Below, piece by piece: positions 15,743 to 64,000 of a DNA stretch of 64,000 nt. How positions within the stretch are numbered: the stretch's first letter is position 1; each line of letters begins with the position of its first letter. Location: assembly GCF_009914755.1 (NCBI RefSeq), contig NC_060929.1; one strand, written 5' to 3'. The notes beneath the pieces were generated by a model. It was not told where the DNA came from. It worked only from the letters and a program-made list of their open reading frames with translations, and did not search any database. The position numbers and the translations under genes are program-made. The stretch comes from the human T2T-CHM13v2.0 reference genome, Homo sapiens.

Positions 15743-16377
15743 GAATTACCTCTCACCTGATTTTCCCTACACTCTATCCCACAGGAATAAATTAAAATCT
15801 CTTTACTGTTTTTAGTAGCATGGCATCTGAGCTGAGTTATTTCTCATCTGTAAAGATCTTATTTTTGAAATGATAATCTGAAGAATTAGTTTTTCTTGGA
15901 TTCTAGCACCTCTTTCTTTGTTTCAAAGGTTTCCAAATTGTGTTTAGGAATTGGAGGGTAGAAGATGCTTTGTATGCTCACAATGACCTTGTGTTGATCG
16001 TTGCGGATTCTCTCAGGTTTTCACTTCAAAACCTTGACTGGGATGCAGCATAGGAATGCTAACATATCATTGTAAAGTAATATAGTAAAATGTATAAAGC
16101 CTGTGTTTGGAATATAGTCAAAAGTAGAAGTCTTTAAATATTTCTTTTTGTGAGCTGCAGAGCTGTTTGTCCTTCAAGATTAAGATTTATTGGCGGGTCC
16201 ATTTGTTTAATGTATTGAATTGTGGGCAATATCAAATTATATTTAGAAGCATTAAAGATTGGATTACAGTCAGATTTCATTCTTAAAGTTCCTATTAATA
16301 CATTAATGACCCCCTCTGGGTTCTTTTCTTTAGAACTCAATTGACAAATTATAAACACATTCAATAAAAATCATGTA

Positions 16378-17787
16378 TTTTTTCCTTTTTTTCTTCAACT
16401 TCTCTTAACTTCTGGGGCACATGTACAGGATGTTCAGGTTTGTCACATAGGTAAACACGTGCCATGGTGGTTTGCTGCACAAATCATCCTATCACCTAGG
16501 TATTAAGCCCAGCATGCATTAGATACTCTTCCTCATGCGTTCCCTCCTCCTACTCCCATTCTCCAACAGGCCCCAGTGTGTGTTATTTCCCTCCACGTGT
16601 CCTTGTGTTCTCATCATTCAGCTCCCACTTATAAGTGAGAACATGCAGTGTTTGGTTTTCTGTTCCTGTGTTAGTTTGCTGAGGATAATGGCTTCCAGCT
16701 CCATCCATGTCCCTGCAAAAGACATAGTCTTATTCCTTTTATGGCTGAATATTAATCCATAATGTATATGTACCACATTTTCTTTATTTAGTCTATCATT
16801 GATGTGCATTTCATTTGATTCCACATCTTTGCTATTGTGAATAGTGCTGCAATGAACATATGCATGCATGTATCTTTATAATAGAATGATATATATTCCT
16901 TTAGGTATATATTCTTTAGGTATATATTCCTTAGGTATATGGGTCAAGTGGTATTTCTGCTTCTTCTTGATCTTTGAGGAATCGCTATACTGTCTTCCAC
17001 AACGGTTGAACTAATTTACATTCCCACCAACAGTGTAAAAGCCTTCCTTTTACTCTGAAACCTCACCAGCATCTGTTGCTTCTGGACTTAATAATTGCCA
17101 TTCTGACTGGCATGAGGTGGTATCTCATTGTGGTTTTGATTTTCATTTCACTAACGATCAGTTATGTTGAGCTTTTTTTTCATGTTTCTTGGCCACAGGT
17201 GTGTCTTCTTTTGAGAAGTGTCTGTTCATGTCCTTTGCCCACTTTTTAATGGTGTTGTTTTTCTCTTGTAAATTTAAATTTCTTGTAGACTCTGGATATT
17301 AAACCTTTGTCAGATGGATAGATTGCAGAAATTTTCTCCCATTCTGTAGGTTGTCTGTTCACTCTATTGATAGTTTCTTTTGCTATGCAGAAGCTCTTTA
17401 GTTTAATTAGATCCCATTTGTCAATTTTGCTTTTGTTCAATTGCTTTTGGTGTTTTTGTCATTAAATCTTTGCCCATGCCTATGTCCTAAAAGGTATTGC
17501 CTAGATTTTCTTCTAGGATTTTTATAGTTTGGGGTTTCATTTAAGTCTCTAATCCATCTTGAGTTAATTTTTGTATAAGGTGCAAGGGAAGGGTCCAGTT
17601 TCAATTTTCTACATATGGCTAGCCAGTTCTCCCAGCACCATTTATGAAATAGAGAATCCTTTTCCCATTGCTTGTTTTTGTCAGGTTTGTCGAAGATCTA
17701 ATGGCTTAGATGTGTAGGTGTGCAGTCTTATTTCTGAGTTCTCTACTCTGTTCTATTGGTCTACATGTCTGTTTTTGTACCAGTACT
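16378..17787 (-). mobile_element. 5'-truncated older L1PA (about PA8-PA13)
   Basis: 3'UTR GGTAAACACGTGCCATGGTGGTTTGCTGCAC; ORF2 fragments [14 protein letters not shown] and GTWMELEAIILSKL. Confidence 0.9.
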
Positions 17788-17905
17788 AAACTCATGTACT
17801 CTGTTAAAGTACATATATTTTGATTTATCTTACATTTGTGAAAGCTTAATTCTCATTTTTTATAAAAGTTTCTCTCCTTCTAATCTGTATTTTTTCTTCT
17901 ATGCC

Positions 17906-18254
17906 TGTAATAGTCTGTTATCCCACTGCTAATAAAGACATACCCAGGACTGGGTAATTTATAAAGGAAACAGGTTTAATTGACTCACAGTTCCACATGG
18001 CTGGGGAGGCCTCACAATCATGGCAGAAGGCAAATAAGGAGCAAAGTCACATCTTACATGGTGACAGGCAAGAGAGCATGTGCAGGGGAACTCCCCTTTA
18101 TATAACCAGCAGGTCTTATGAGACTTATTCACTATCACCTGAACATCCTCTATGATTCAATTACTTCCCACTGGTTCCCTCCTATGACATGTGGAAATTA
18201 TGGGAGCTACAATTCAAGATGAGATTTGGGTGGGGACACAGCCAAACTGTATCA
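17906..18254 (-). mobile_element. THE1 solo LTR (MaLR)
   Basis: TG...CA ends; GAGATTTGGGTGGGGACACAGCCAAAC; near-TSD ATGCC/GTGCC. Confidence 0.88.
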
Positions 18255-21200
18255 GTGCCATTGTTTCACAACACAAATACCAGATAAACCAAGTTCTAAG
18301 AATATAATACTATAGAATCATATATTTAATGTCAAAAAATTTAATTTATATATGGAAAAGTTGAGATTAAAACAGTTTAAGAGATATGCTGGAAATGTTA
18401 TTCATTGCAAAACTGAATAGAAATGCCAATACTTTTGAATACCATGAGGTCCAGTAGATTTTCCCATTTCACTGTATTATCTTCCCTAGGAAACTGAGAA
18501 AAGATATATTGTCAATCTATCGAAAAAGTATTTTAATGTATGTCCTTGGAGGATATTATAGGATGTGAGGATCCCTTTACTCCCAAATATTTGCTTTATA
18601 ATGTATTTATTTGCCTAAATGTATGCTAGTAATGATTAGCTCCTTGAAATATTGTGTAACATGTGAAAGCTGCTTTAAAAAATGCCAATATTCCCTTAAA
18701 TCCTTAGTACCTTAGAAGAATTATCACATTTTATTTGGTTGCTGACCTGAGAAATACTGTAAGGAAGTGAACATTTGTGTTAGAGGGAGGAAATATGCAA
18801 GAGGTCATTTCATATCAAAGAGGCACAATCTCCGATAGGAAGGCTGGAGTACTGTGAATGTGCATGGTGTAATTGTAGTAGTGGTAATGGTACACTGTGG
18901 TGAATGCTGGGGAAAGTATTGGGGTATAGGAAAAACATAGAGAGGAGGGCTGGAGTTCACCTAAATGTAGTGTATTTGTTGGACACCTAGGTTAGATGAA
19001 AGCTATAGGGAAAAAGAGTATGAAATAGTTTTTATAATTGTTAGAGAGAATGGGCAGAACACGATTTTAAATAGATAGCAATATATAGTTTAATTGTTGC
19101 CATGTAAAACAAATATTCTGAATTCTACCTAACAATTTTTCCAGTTTAAAAATGTACCTGAAAGCCTGAATTCTGTGACATATGTAAAAACTCGCAAGTG
19201 TGTACATTTGAACACAAACATAATAGAGGGCAGAGAGTTTCTGAGAACATTCCCAGATCAATACCAGTGATTGTATCTCTCATTAGATAACATGACTCTG
19301 GCACCAGATGACATAAGGTGATATAATGAGAGTAAGGTGATATAATAGTAAGTAAGGAAGAACTGGAAAAAAATTTATTCAAGAACTTCAAGGAATTTCA
19401 TATGCCTGTACAAACCTGGATTTTGCAGCTGATGGAGTTTCTTTTCCAAGAGAGCTGTGGCAGACTTAACTAACAAACACTGAGAATTTACCTTGGGCTT
19501 CAAGTCCCCGGGGACATTAACTCACAGTTGTTGTGTGGGGTCCAAGTGCTACACTGTGGAAGATTTTTGTTCTTGACCCCAAGATGAGATGAAACTTGCA
19601 TTTCATTGAATGGAATGAGAGGAACTTATAATTGGGGGAAAAAAGGGTGGGGGAAGGGTATAAAAGAGAGTAAAAGTAAACTAAATGTATCTGGAAATGG
19701 AAGGAACATGGTGACAGTGTATTAATATTTATTATACACAATGTATGTTTATTAATATAAAGAAATGGAAATAAAATGCATGATGAGATTCTATTAAATG
19801 TATTTGAACAATTTTGAAGGTCTCAGATTTGGGCACATTTTTATAGCTATTATTAACTAAGAGTGAAGTAATATAATGAATATCTGCTGCAGTTAATCTG
19901 TTTCTTTTCTTTTTTTTAAGTTTCCTCAGGCCCCTCTACCTCACTTATCCACACAAAGTTTTCTTTAAGTAGGATAAAAATTCTTGACTTAATATATTTT
20001 CTGTGAAAATAAATGATTGTTTAGAAGAGCAAGACCATTTTGAGCTAGTACATTTCTAAAGTTGAATAAACTTTCATTGTCTCATCCCACTCACATTCCT
20101 TGCAAGACTGACATTTAAAATTTTCTTCCATATGCACCATTAATTTCAAATGTACCTTCTTAGATATTTCAAGTTCTCTAATATATGGAACTATAGACAA
20201 CACCTTTATTACTTGCAAGTACATAAACTCTTTCTTAATGATTTCACTGTTGTTAGACTGTATTGAGTCACAGGAATTGAAATTGTCTGGGCTTAGTGCC
20301 TCAGCATTTGCAAGTAACTTTATCAGCATAAATACTGTATTTTACTGCCTACTCATCCTAAATAAATAGATACACTTTTGATAAAGTTATTGCTAGAATT
20401 TGAATAGTTACTCAAACTTTGGCTGGTCAGTGCAACTTTATTATCTAGAGACTGTCATTTCAAAGGCAATTAGGTTTCTGTGATCTGAAGAACTGTGTAT
20501 TTGATAGAGCAAATCTACACACTTTCTGCCTCCTGATAAAGCCCAGAAGCAAAGATGTTTGTACAAGCCCCGAGTTCTACAGAAATCAAGGGCTTCCAAA
20601 AGGACCATTCACTCTTCAGCCTTTGAGTGACCTTGAGTGAGGTGCTTGAACTCCCATGCTGAGTTAATTCACTGGCAAGCAGGTTTAATAACACCTACCT
20701 TGCAGCACTGATGTGGTATTAGAATATAAAGTCATAGAAAAATGCCTTACACATACATAGTTCAAACTCAATCAAAAAATAGCAATTGTGATTTGTAAGG
20801 ACATAAAGTCAGAGCTCTAGGTTTCAAGTAGAAATACTTTGGAATGACCCATAGCAGATAAGAGCAATACCATGTATACTGCTGATTAAGAGTTTGGGGA
20901 AGGACATTATATAAGGTCCTTAAACTAACTTTCTTTCTCACTTCTTCCTACCCCACTTTTACCCTCTTGACTATACAGAATATTTGCTCAATATCTTTTA
21001 TCTAATAGCTCTGTACAGCTCTATATTACTGAATTATATCAGCTTTTTTATATTTACAAAAAGTGATTTTAATTTGACATTTTCTTCTTTATCTGATTTT
21101 TTAATTTTAAATTTTTCTTTCTCATTTTTTCCTTAAATCTACGTTCTCCTTAGTTTGTGGATTAATATCTGGACATAGTCTTTAGGTATGAGTCTAATAA

Positions 21201-22485
21201 GTGCTAACTATAACAGAATACTTTCTTCTGGTTCCTCTATATTTTATTTATACAAATGATGTGTTTATTCATTTTTTTTAAAGAGCTCAATATTGCATAT
21301 ATAATAAATACAATGATTTTATGCTAAATGTATATAAATGAGACAATCCCCATTTAACATTTCTGTGATAGGCATTTTTCCTAAATATAAAAGTGGCTTT
21401 AGCCAGTGTCTAGATAATGTCATAAAGTATCCAACAACTCAGCACAACTAAATGGTGTCCTAAGGAAGTCCTCGGTAAGTAATCTGATGCACTGCACCAT
21501 ATATACACTTGTAGGAATCCACAGCAACCAAGTAAAACAGCCATGAGGGACACACGTAGATAATTTCTCTATGTTATCATCCTTTGGTCTAACTGAGTGT
21601 AAAACAGCCACTGTACATTTCTAAAATACCAAAATCAGGTTTAGGAAGAACTGTAATAGATGCTCAGTAAATATTTGTTCAATAAATAAATGATTGAATG
21701 AACAATCAACAATTCAGTGAACAATAAATGATTGAATGCTTTGAATAAAGTATTCTTTGTCTTTCTCTTATAAATCAGTGTGAAAAGGTTATTGCTGTGA
21801 GAGACTAAAAAGGTATTACTTTATTAACTAGGAAACTGGGACAGGGATTTATTTGAAAGAAAAAATATATCATTAAGCATTTTTTACATATTATTGCTCA
21901 GAATTTGGCCATGTCTTAATTTTTTTGCCCTGAAGCTCTGTCTGACATCATTGACCTATTATACTATTCCTCACTTATTGATCTGAAGTGTGTAAAATAG
22001 TGGGCCCTGTAGCAAAACTAAAGTATTAAGTTGATCATTAAATTTTCTTACTCCTTTTTCTATATTCTAATCTTAGCAACATTTTAATACATATCTTTAA
22101 GTGTTAATGGTTCATTAAAAGAGTGTGGACTTCTGCAACATCCTCTACAAAACTATTAAATATTATCTACATTTGTTTCTAGATTTACCTTATGTGTCAA
22201 AAGTGATTATGTGACTCCTTAGCTTGCATGTTCCTTGTTAGAGAGTTCAAATTCATTACAAGTACAGTGTTTTTTTTCTGTAAATAGGCCACAGATTTCA
22301 AACGGTGTCTGCCTGATGCCAAATTAAGTGACTTTATATTCATTTTACTTTATTTATTAGTTTTTTCCTTCATAGCATTAACAATTTCCATAATTGTGAT
22401 TTTCATCTATTTGTTTATTCTATTTATACCTCACTAGAAAACAAAGTACAAGGAAGCAGGGCTGTTTCTCCATGGGGATTCAAGC

Positions 22486-22570
22486 ATTCACTAAAAAAAA
22501 AAGTTTTTTTTAGTGAATAGTTAGAGCTATTCTAATAGAGCTTAGAACTATTCTAATAGAGCTTAAAAGC
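22486..22570. repeat. Perfect 15-bp inverted repeat followed by a 21-bp tandem duplication
   Basis: ATTCACT-A8 / AAG / T8-AGTGAAT, then TTAGAGCTATTCTAATAGAGC and TTAGAACTATTCTAATAGAGC. Confidence 0.9.
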
Positions 22571-23385
22571 TATTTAACAGGTAAATCAATAAAGGTATCC
22601 AAACTGGACAATTCACATTCCAAATAATGCATTTTGATTTGGCTACAATATCCTTATTGTTGCAAGTGTTTTAGTATTGAAATCTCATTAATTTTGTAAC
22701 TAAGAACAAAGACATAGACTACATCTACCTTATATATGATAAAGTACTTAAAGGAGTGCTTGACATATTCTGAACTAAATATGTATTACACCCAATGTCC
22801 AAACACCCTGTTGAAATCAGGTGTTCTCAAAGTATTTGTCTGCTATATCAGGGCCAAAGAAGTTGATTTACTACTGTCAACAGTTGTTTAGGATAATGCA
22901 GATCTATTAGTAACTAGTTATTTTAATTCACTTACTTTTATTCAGTGTAGTCAGAAGTCACATTCAGTTTTGTGTACATATTTTGATTACTTAATTATAA
23001 ATCTAAGCAAATTAAAGGAAGGACAGAGATCTTTTAGTCCTGCTCCATCATGGGCTCTCTTCTCCATCAATGATTAGTAAATTAAAATTTTCCAATGTGA
23101 TGTTTTTTCTTGATCTGCCAAAAATATGCCAAGATGGATTATAAAAGACACTTACAAATTCAAATGCCTGTCACCTCTTTACTCACCTCACCTCTTTTCA
23201 CCTTGATTACCACCATCTCATCCACCATATTGTAACTTGGCCAAATTATGTTACTGATACACAGTACATCATCTAGCACTTCAAAATAGCCCCATCAACT
23301 ATTTGGGAAAACTAGTTAATTGGTTAATGAACTTTTTAAAAAATTTTATTATGTTGAACTTCTGAATCTCTTTTTATTTCCTGTC

Positions 23386-23757
23386 TGATATGGTTTTTCT
23401 GTGTCCTCCTGCAAATATCATCCTGAATTGTAATGCCCATAATCCCCATGTGTCAAAGGAGGGCTTCAGTGGGAGGTGATTAGATCATGGGGGCAGTTTC
23501 CCCCATGCTGTTCTCATGATAGTGAGTTCTCATGAGATCTGATGGTTTTATAAGGCAGTTTTCCCTGCTCTTGCTAGCTCTTCTCTCCTTGCTGCTATGT
23601 GAAGAAGATCCTTGCTTCCTATTCACCTTCTACCATGATTGTAAGTTTCCTAAGGCCTCCCCAGCCATGTGGAACTGTGAATCAATCAAACCTCTTTTCT
23701 TTATAAATTACCCAGTCTCGGGTATTTCTTCATAGCAGTGTGAAACAGACTAATACA
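23386..23757 (+). mobile_element. THE1C/D- or MSTA-like solo LTR
   Basis: TGATATGGTTT...GAGATCTGATGGTTTTATAAG...CCCAGTCTCGGGTATTTC...GACTAATACA. Confidence 0.88.
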
Positions 23758-24630
23758 CTTTTTTATCTAATACTTAACATTTTCTGCCTAAATATCTAAT
23801 AATTACTAGATTCCTCAAATGATACAGTGAGTTCATCCATATTATAGAGAAAGTTACAGAGCTGGTTAATACAAAGTTTCAGAAACCTGGAAATGAAAAC
23901 ACTTTACTCTCTCAGAATTCACTCCTCAGATCCTAATCACTTCCAAAATCTATCCTGTATCTTAAACCATAAAACTCTAAATGACCATTTGGAAGAAAAA
24001 GTTAAATCTGAAAAGGGTCACAAGACTTACGCTGATGTTTAAGTTGTAAACGCACTGCTTATTTGACCAAAGGAATCTATAAATTCATTAATAAAACAAT
24101 TTTGACAGGGTAGTTTTTTCAAACAAGAGATAGCTTGGTGAAAACACACATCACCTAAAACATTTGCTGTAATATACTCTTTGTTTTAGGCCATTTTCAA
24201 GACCAGGATTTGTAGGAATCTGTAAAAGTTTATGACTGTTAATTAGAAGAGTCAATTAATCTAGGCTCTGATATTTCTAACCATGTTTTAAATGAATGTC
24301 AAGAAATTGTTGATCTTGGGAAAATGAATCATACATAAAAATGCACTAAAAACAAAATCTTTAGATGCTTAAATACATCAACTGCTTTTATGGATAAAAT
24401 ATTTTTGGATCAATATCCCTGGATGTCAGTATATAATAAAAGTTGAAGAAATCTATTGAACTGGTAAAAGTACACACAAATCAAAGGCTTTTTAAAGTTA
24501 TTGAGGACAGTGTTTTCAATGTGTAGTAGATGTTGTATACTGCCGCTACTCTAATCTACATTTTCTTCTGTCACCAATCACCTTCTTTCTTAAAGGTGGC
24601 TATAAGACAAATTATCACTCCTAGATGAAC

Positions 24631-24690
24631 TATATATATATATATACACACACATATATGTATACACACACATATATATGTATATATATA
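24631..24690. repeat. Compound (TA)n/(CA)n microsatellite
   Basis: TATATATATATATATACACACACATATATGTATACACACACATATATATGTATATATATA. Confidence 0.95.
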
Positions 24691-24698
24691 GTTTTCTG

Positions 24699-24719
24699 TA
24701 TAAAGTTTTAATATAATCC
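24699..24719 (+). promoter_or_regulatory. Candidate core promoter: TATAAA plus a TAATCC homeobox site
   Basis: TATAAA at 24699-24704 and TAATCC at 24714-24719, ~220 nt upstream of the inferred exon-1 donor; such motifs are common in AT-rich DNA. Confidence 0.3.
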
Positions 24720-24821
24720 ATAATGCATTTGTTTTACATATTAGCCTTCATCTTATTGCATTAAAATTGACTAAATCATATGAAAACTTAAAAATGAAAA
24801 CTCATGCCTCAGTTCACAAGT

Positions 24822-24926
24822 CTAGACCTATTATAAGCTACTTTGGGTCAAACAGAGACTGGGTCATATACATTTTGGTGTGGTCATCTATACCTAGTAC
24901 ATTGCTTGACACTAACTAGATAATAG

Positions 24927-24940
<14 letters not shown>
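24822..24940 (+). mobile_element. L2 3'-end remnant overlapping inferred exon 1
   Basis: CTAGAC...TAAGCT...CAGAGACTGGGTC...CCTAGTACATTGCTTGACAC...TAGATGCTCA parallels the L2 terminus CTAGACTGTAAGCT...CCTAGCACAGTGCCTGGCAC...TAGGTGCTCAATAAA. Confidence 0.6.
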
Positions 24941-60236
<35,296 letters not shown>

Positions 60237-60248
<12 letters not shown>

Positions 60249-60495
60249 CTTTGAGTTGAAATATCTGAGGCCAACACTCCAAGCAATTTTAAACAAGTGG
60301 TGACAGAAATTACCAGACACACATCAAGACTCAAGTATAAAGCTATACAATTTAAGGATGCTCAGCAAATGTTACTGAATTGACTGGGTAGTCCCTAAAG
60401 AGCTGAAGAATAAAAGATGTTATGAGAAATCCAACAATACCAAATATAAATTGCCTCAGGTTCTGAAATATTCAATAAAGTATTCTCACTGTAGT
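60237..60495 (+). other. Inferred terminal exon with polyadenylation signals
   Basis: CTAATATTTCTAG acceptor; AATAAA at 60409-60414 and 60474-60479. Confidence 0.6.
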
Positions 60496-61243
60496 TCCTT
60501 CAGCTTAGCTGATTTGGACTTTGGCTGTGAAAACATTATCCTCAGTGTTTAAAAGGTTGGAAAATTCTACTGGGTCTTTGGCCCAACCTGGAATTAAATC
60601 CTGATGCTTAGAACCTCAAAGTCTAAAATCTTCTATTGTCACTTTACAGAGCTATTGAAACATATTAATAAACTTGTATCATACTGATTTGATTCTAAGT
60701 TTTGTGGGACATTGTTTAAAAATTGTTGAAATGCATATATGGAAAATTGATTTTTTAAGTAAATGTATAACTTTTAAAATTGTATCCTACATCTAACTCC
60801 AAATAAAGGTTTAAAAACAACTATGAGCAATATAAGTAATACATTTAAAATACATTTAAGAGAAAGATAAGGAAAAAAGGAATGACTCATGAAGGTTAGT
60901 ACACAATCTATGCATCTTGAATATTTGCACACTTACCAAGTATTTGGCTCCAGGGTTTCTGGCAGCTAATGCAAAGAGAGGAACAGAATCAAGTTTCATG
61001 GTATTATCTGGTAGACTGTGGAAGCTATAGCATTTCTGCCCCCTCATGTTTTCACATTCCCCTTTAGAGAACAGCACAATACTTTTCCACATCTGATGGG
61101 AATTGTCAATCATGGTGACAATGGAATTAAATATTGGGTCAGTAATTTGTAAATTGATTAATGCAGTTTATGAATTCAAAAGAATTACTGTCTTAAGTTT
61201 ATAAATTTTCTATATCATTTCTTTTCCTGTCCTCTGAAAATAA

Positions 61244-61558
<315 letters not shown>

Positions 61559-62668
61559 TGAAAATAAATGTTTTATGAGTTAAAAAACCTTAGCAAATAT
61601 AAACAATATAGCACTGACAGTGCCAACAGATATAATTTGTGTTTCAGTTTCAATAATTTTATTAAAAAGAAAAACATGTTTTTAACATTTTAGTCTAGAA
61701 AAGGGTTTGTCACCTAGAAGTATGTGGGTTTATGTTTATAGTCCACAGCCTTCCTTTAATATTCCAGCTGTGGGAAAATAGTTTAGTTTTATGAATACCT
61801 GTATCAAGTCAATGCAAAAATAGCAAGCTAGTCAAAAAATCCTGGAATGAATTTGACAGTTGGGACCTATGAGTTAAGATTAACAGCAAAAAGTCAACAG
61901 CCAAAAGTTAGAGCAGGATATGAATTATTATTTTTTATTTGAATATGAATGACATAAAGCAGTTTCGTGTTAAAGTTTCTTATTTTTTTCCAATAATAAG
62001 GAAACGCTTTTCTGGTTTCTTTATTCCTTTTTTCTTTGCCTTTTTCTTATGATAAAAAGGTACTTTCCTGATACCAGAAACCAGCAAAAGTTCACCTTAT
62101 TGTACATTCCAAGTGTTTTAGAATTACTTGCAAGAAACTTCTGCAACTCTGATGAAGTCTGCTTGACCTTTCACCTGATGTAGAGTTCTGAACAGCACAA
62201 GTCCTGCCCTTGTGGTGTTTCAAATAGCCTTGTCTCAGTAAGGTTGCAGACACCTGCCAAGCACCAAAACCGGCATATAAATGAGGGGCATGACACAGTA
62301 AAGAGACAGATAGTTCAGCGTTACTGTTGTAAAGAGGGAAAATGTAATCAAGACCACATTGTTAAGAAATCACCGGTTCGGGGAATGAAGCACTTTAGAA
62401 AGAGGACATGTAGGGTTCAAAATTATATAACACAAATATGAAAAGCTGTAAAGTGACCATACTGCTCAGTCACTTGTGTTTTCCAATATTTAAGCTCTGA
62501 AGAGGGAACAAATCCCAGGTGTATCAGTGCTAGTTTCTATCATTCTTTGAAACAAAAACTCTGTTATTGTTGATGATGTTAATATTAAGAACAGATTGGA
62601 AGCAAACTTGGCATGCTATCAATACCAGGTAAATTGTGTATCACTGTGTAATTACTAAACACCAGGTT

Positions 62669-62770
62669 GACTCTATCCCCACTCTTTCCTCTACTATATA
62701 GTTATCAGAAAGAAGAGAGACTCTATCCCCACTCTTTCCTCTAGTATATAGTTATGAGAAAGAATAGAGA
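62669..62770. repeat. 50-bp tandem duplication
   Basis: GACTCTATCCCCACTCTTTCCTCTA(C/G)TATATAGTTAT(C/G)AGAAAGAA at 62669 and 62719. Confidence 0.95.
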
Positions 62771-62897
62771 GCAATATTGAAATCAGCACCAGAATCACAA
62801 CAAAGAAATCATGACACTATCCTGAAAAACTATTTTGTAGTTTGCCTCCATAATACCAAGATACTGCTAGAAGACTAGGGCAATGATAATAATAATT

Positions 62898-62975
62898 AGT
62901 TTGGGACTATCATTGGATTGCAAAACAGATTTTTTTTTTTTACAGTTTGGAACTATCATTGGATTGCAAAACAGA
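62898..62975. repeat. 46-bp-period duplication
   Basis: AGTTTGG(G/A)ACTATCATTGGATTGCAAAACAGA at 62898 and 62944. Confidence 0.95.
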
Positions 62976-62977
62976 AT

Positions 62978-64000
<1,023 letters not shown>

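Noticed and set aside
16889-16940. Triplicated ~16-mer (TATATTCCTTTAGGTA); similar short duplications at ~14609/14663 and 54730-54782
   Set aside because: Common local slippage events with no further structure.
62669-62975. CRISPR-like repeat-spacer array
   Set aside because: Only two copies per repeat, no unique spacers, eukaryotic context.

Overview
AT-rich, CpG-poor primate (most likely human) genomic DNA dominated by interspersed repeats, with no convincing conventional protein-coding gene. Nearly all long ORFs are decayed L1 ORF1/ORF2, Tigger4 transposase or Alu read-through. I reconstruct one spliced + strand transcription unit: exon 1 ending at 24936, a 25-nt micro-exon at 57958-57982, an LTR-derived exon at ~60031-60088, and a terminal exon at 60237-~60495. 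Its ~36-kb span, ~0.5-kb mRNA and 34-codon spliced ORF match my recollection of the prostate/retina transcript PCAT4 (GDEP/PCAN1, 4q21); this identification is from memory and unverified. In this copy the exon-3 acceptor needed for the 34-aa frame reads AA rather than AG. Intron 1 holds a ~15-kb nest of retroelements, including a full-length inactive L1PA with a short apparent 3' transduction. There are also several template-switch-like scars and a tandemly amplified Alu fragment inside a Tigger4. Repeat subfamily names are by eye and their boundaries are approximate. I found no clearly new biological system; the best lead is the transposon-assembled, splice-variable micro-ORF locus.
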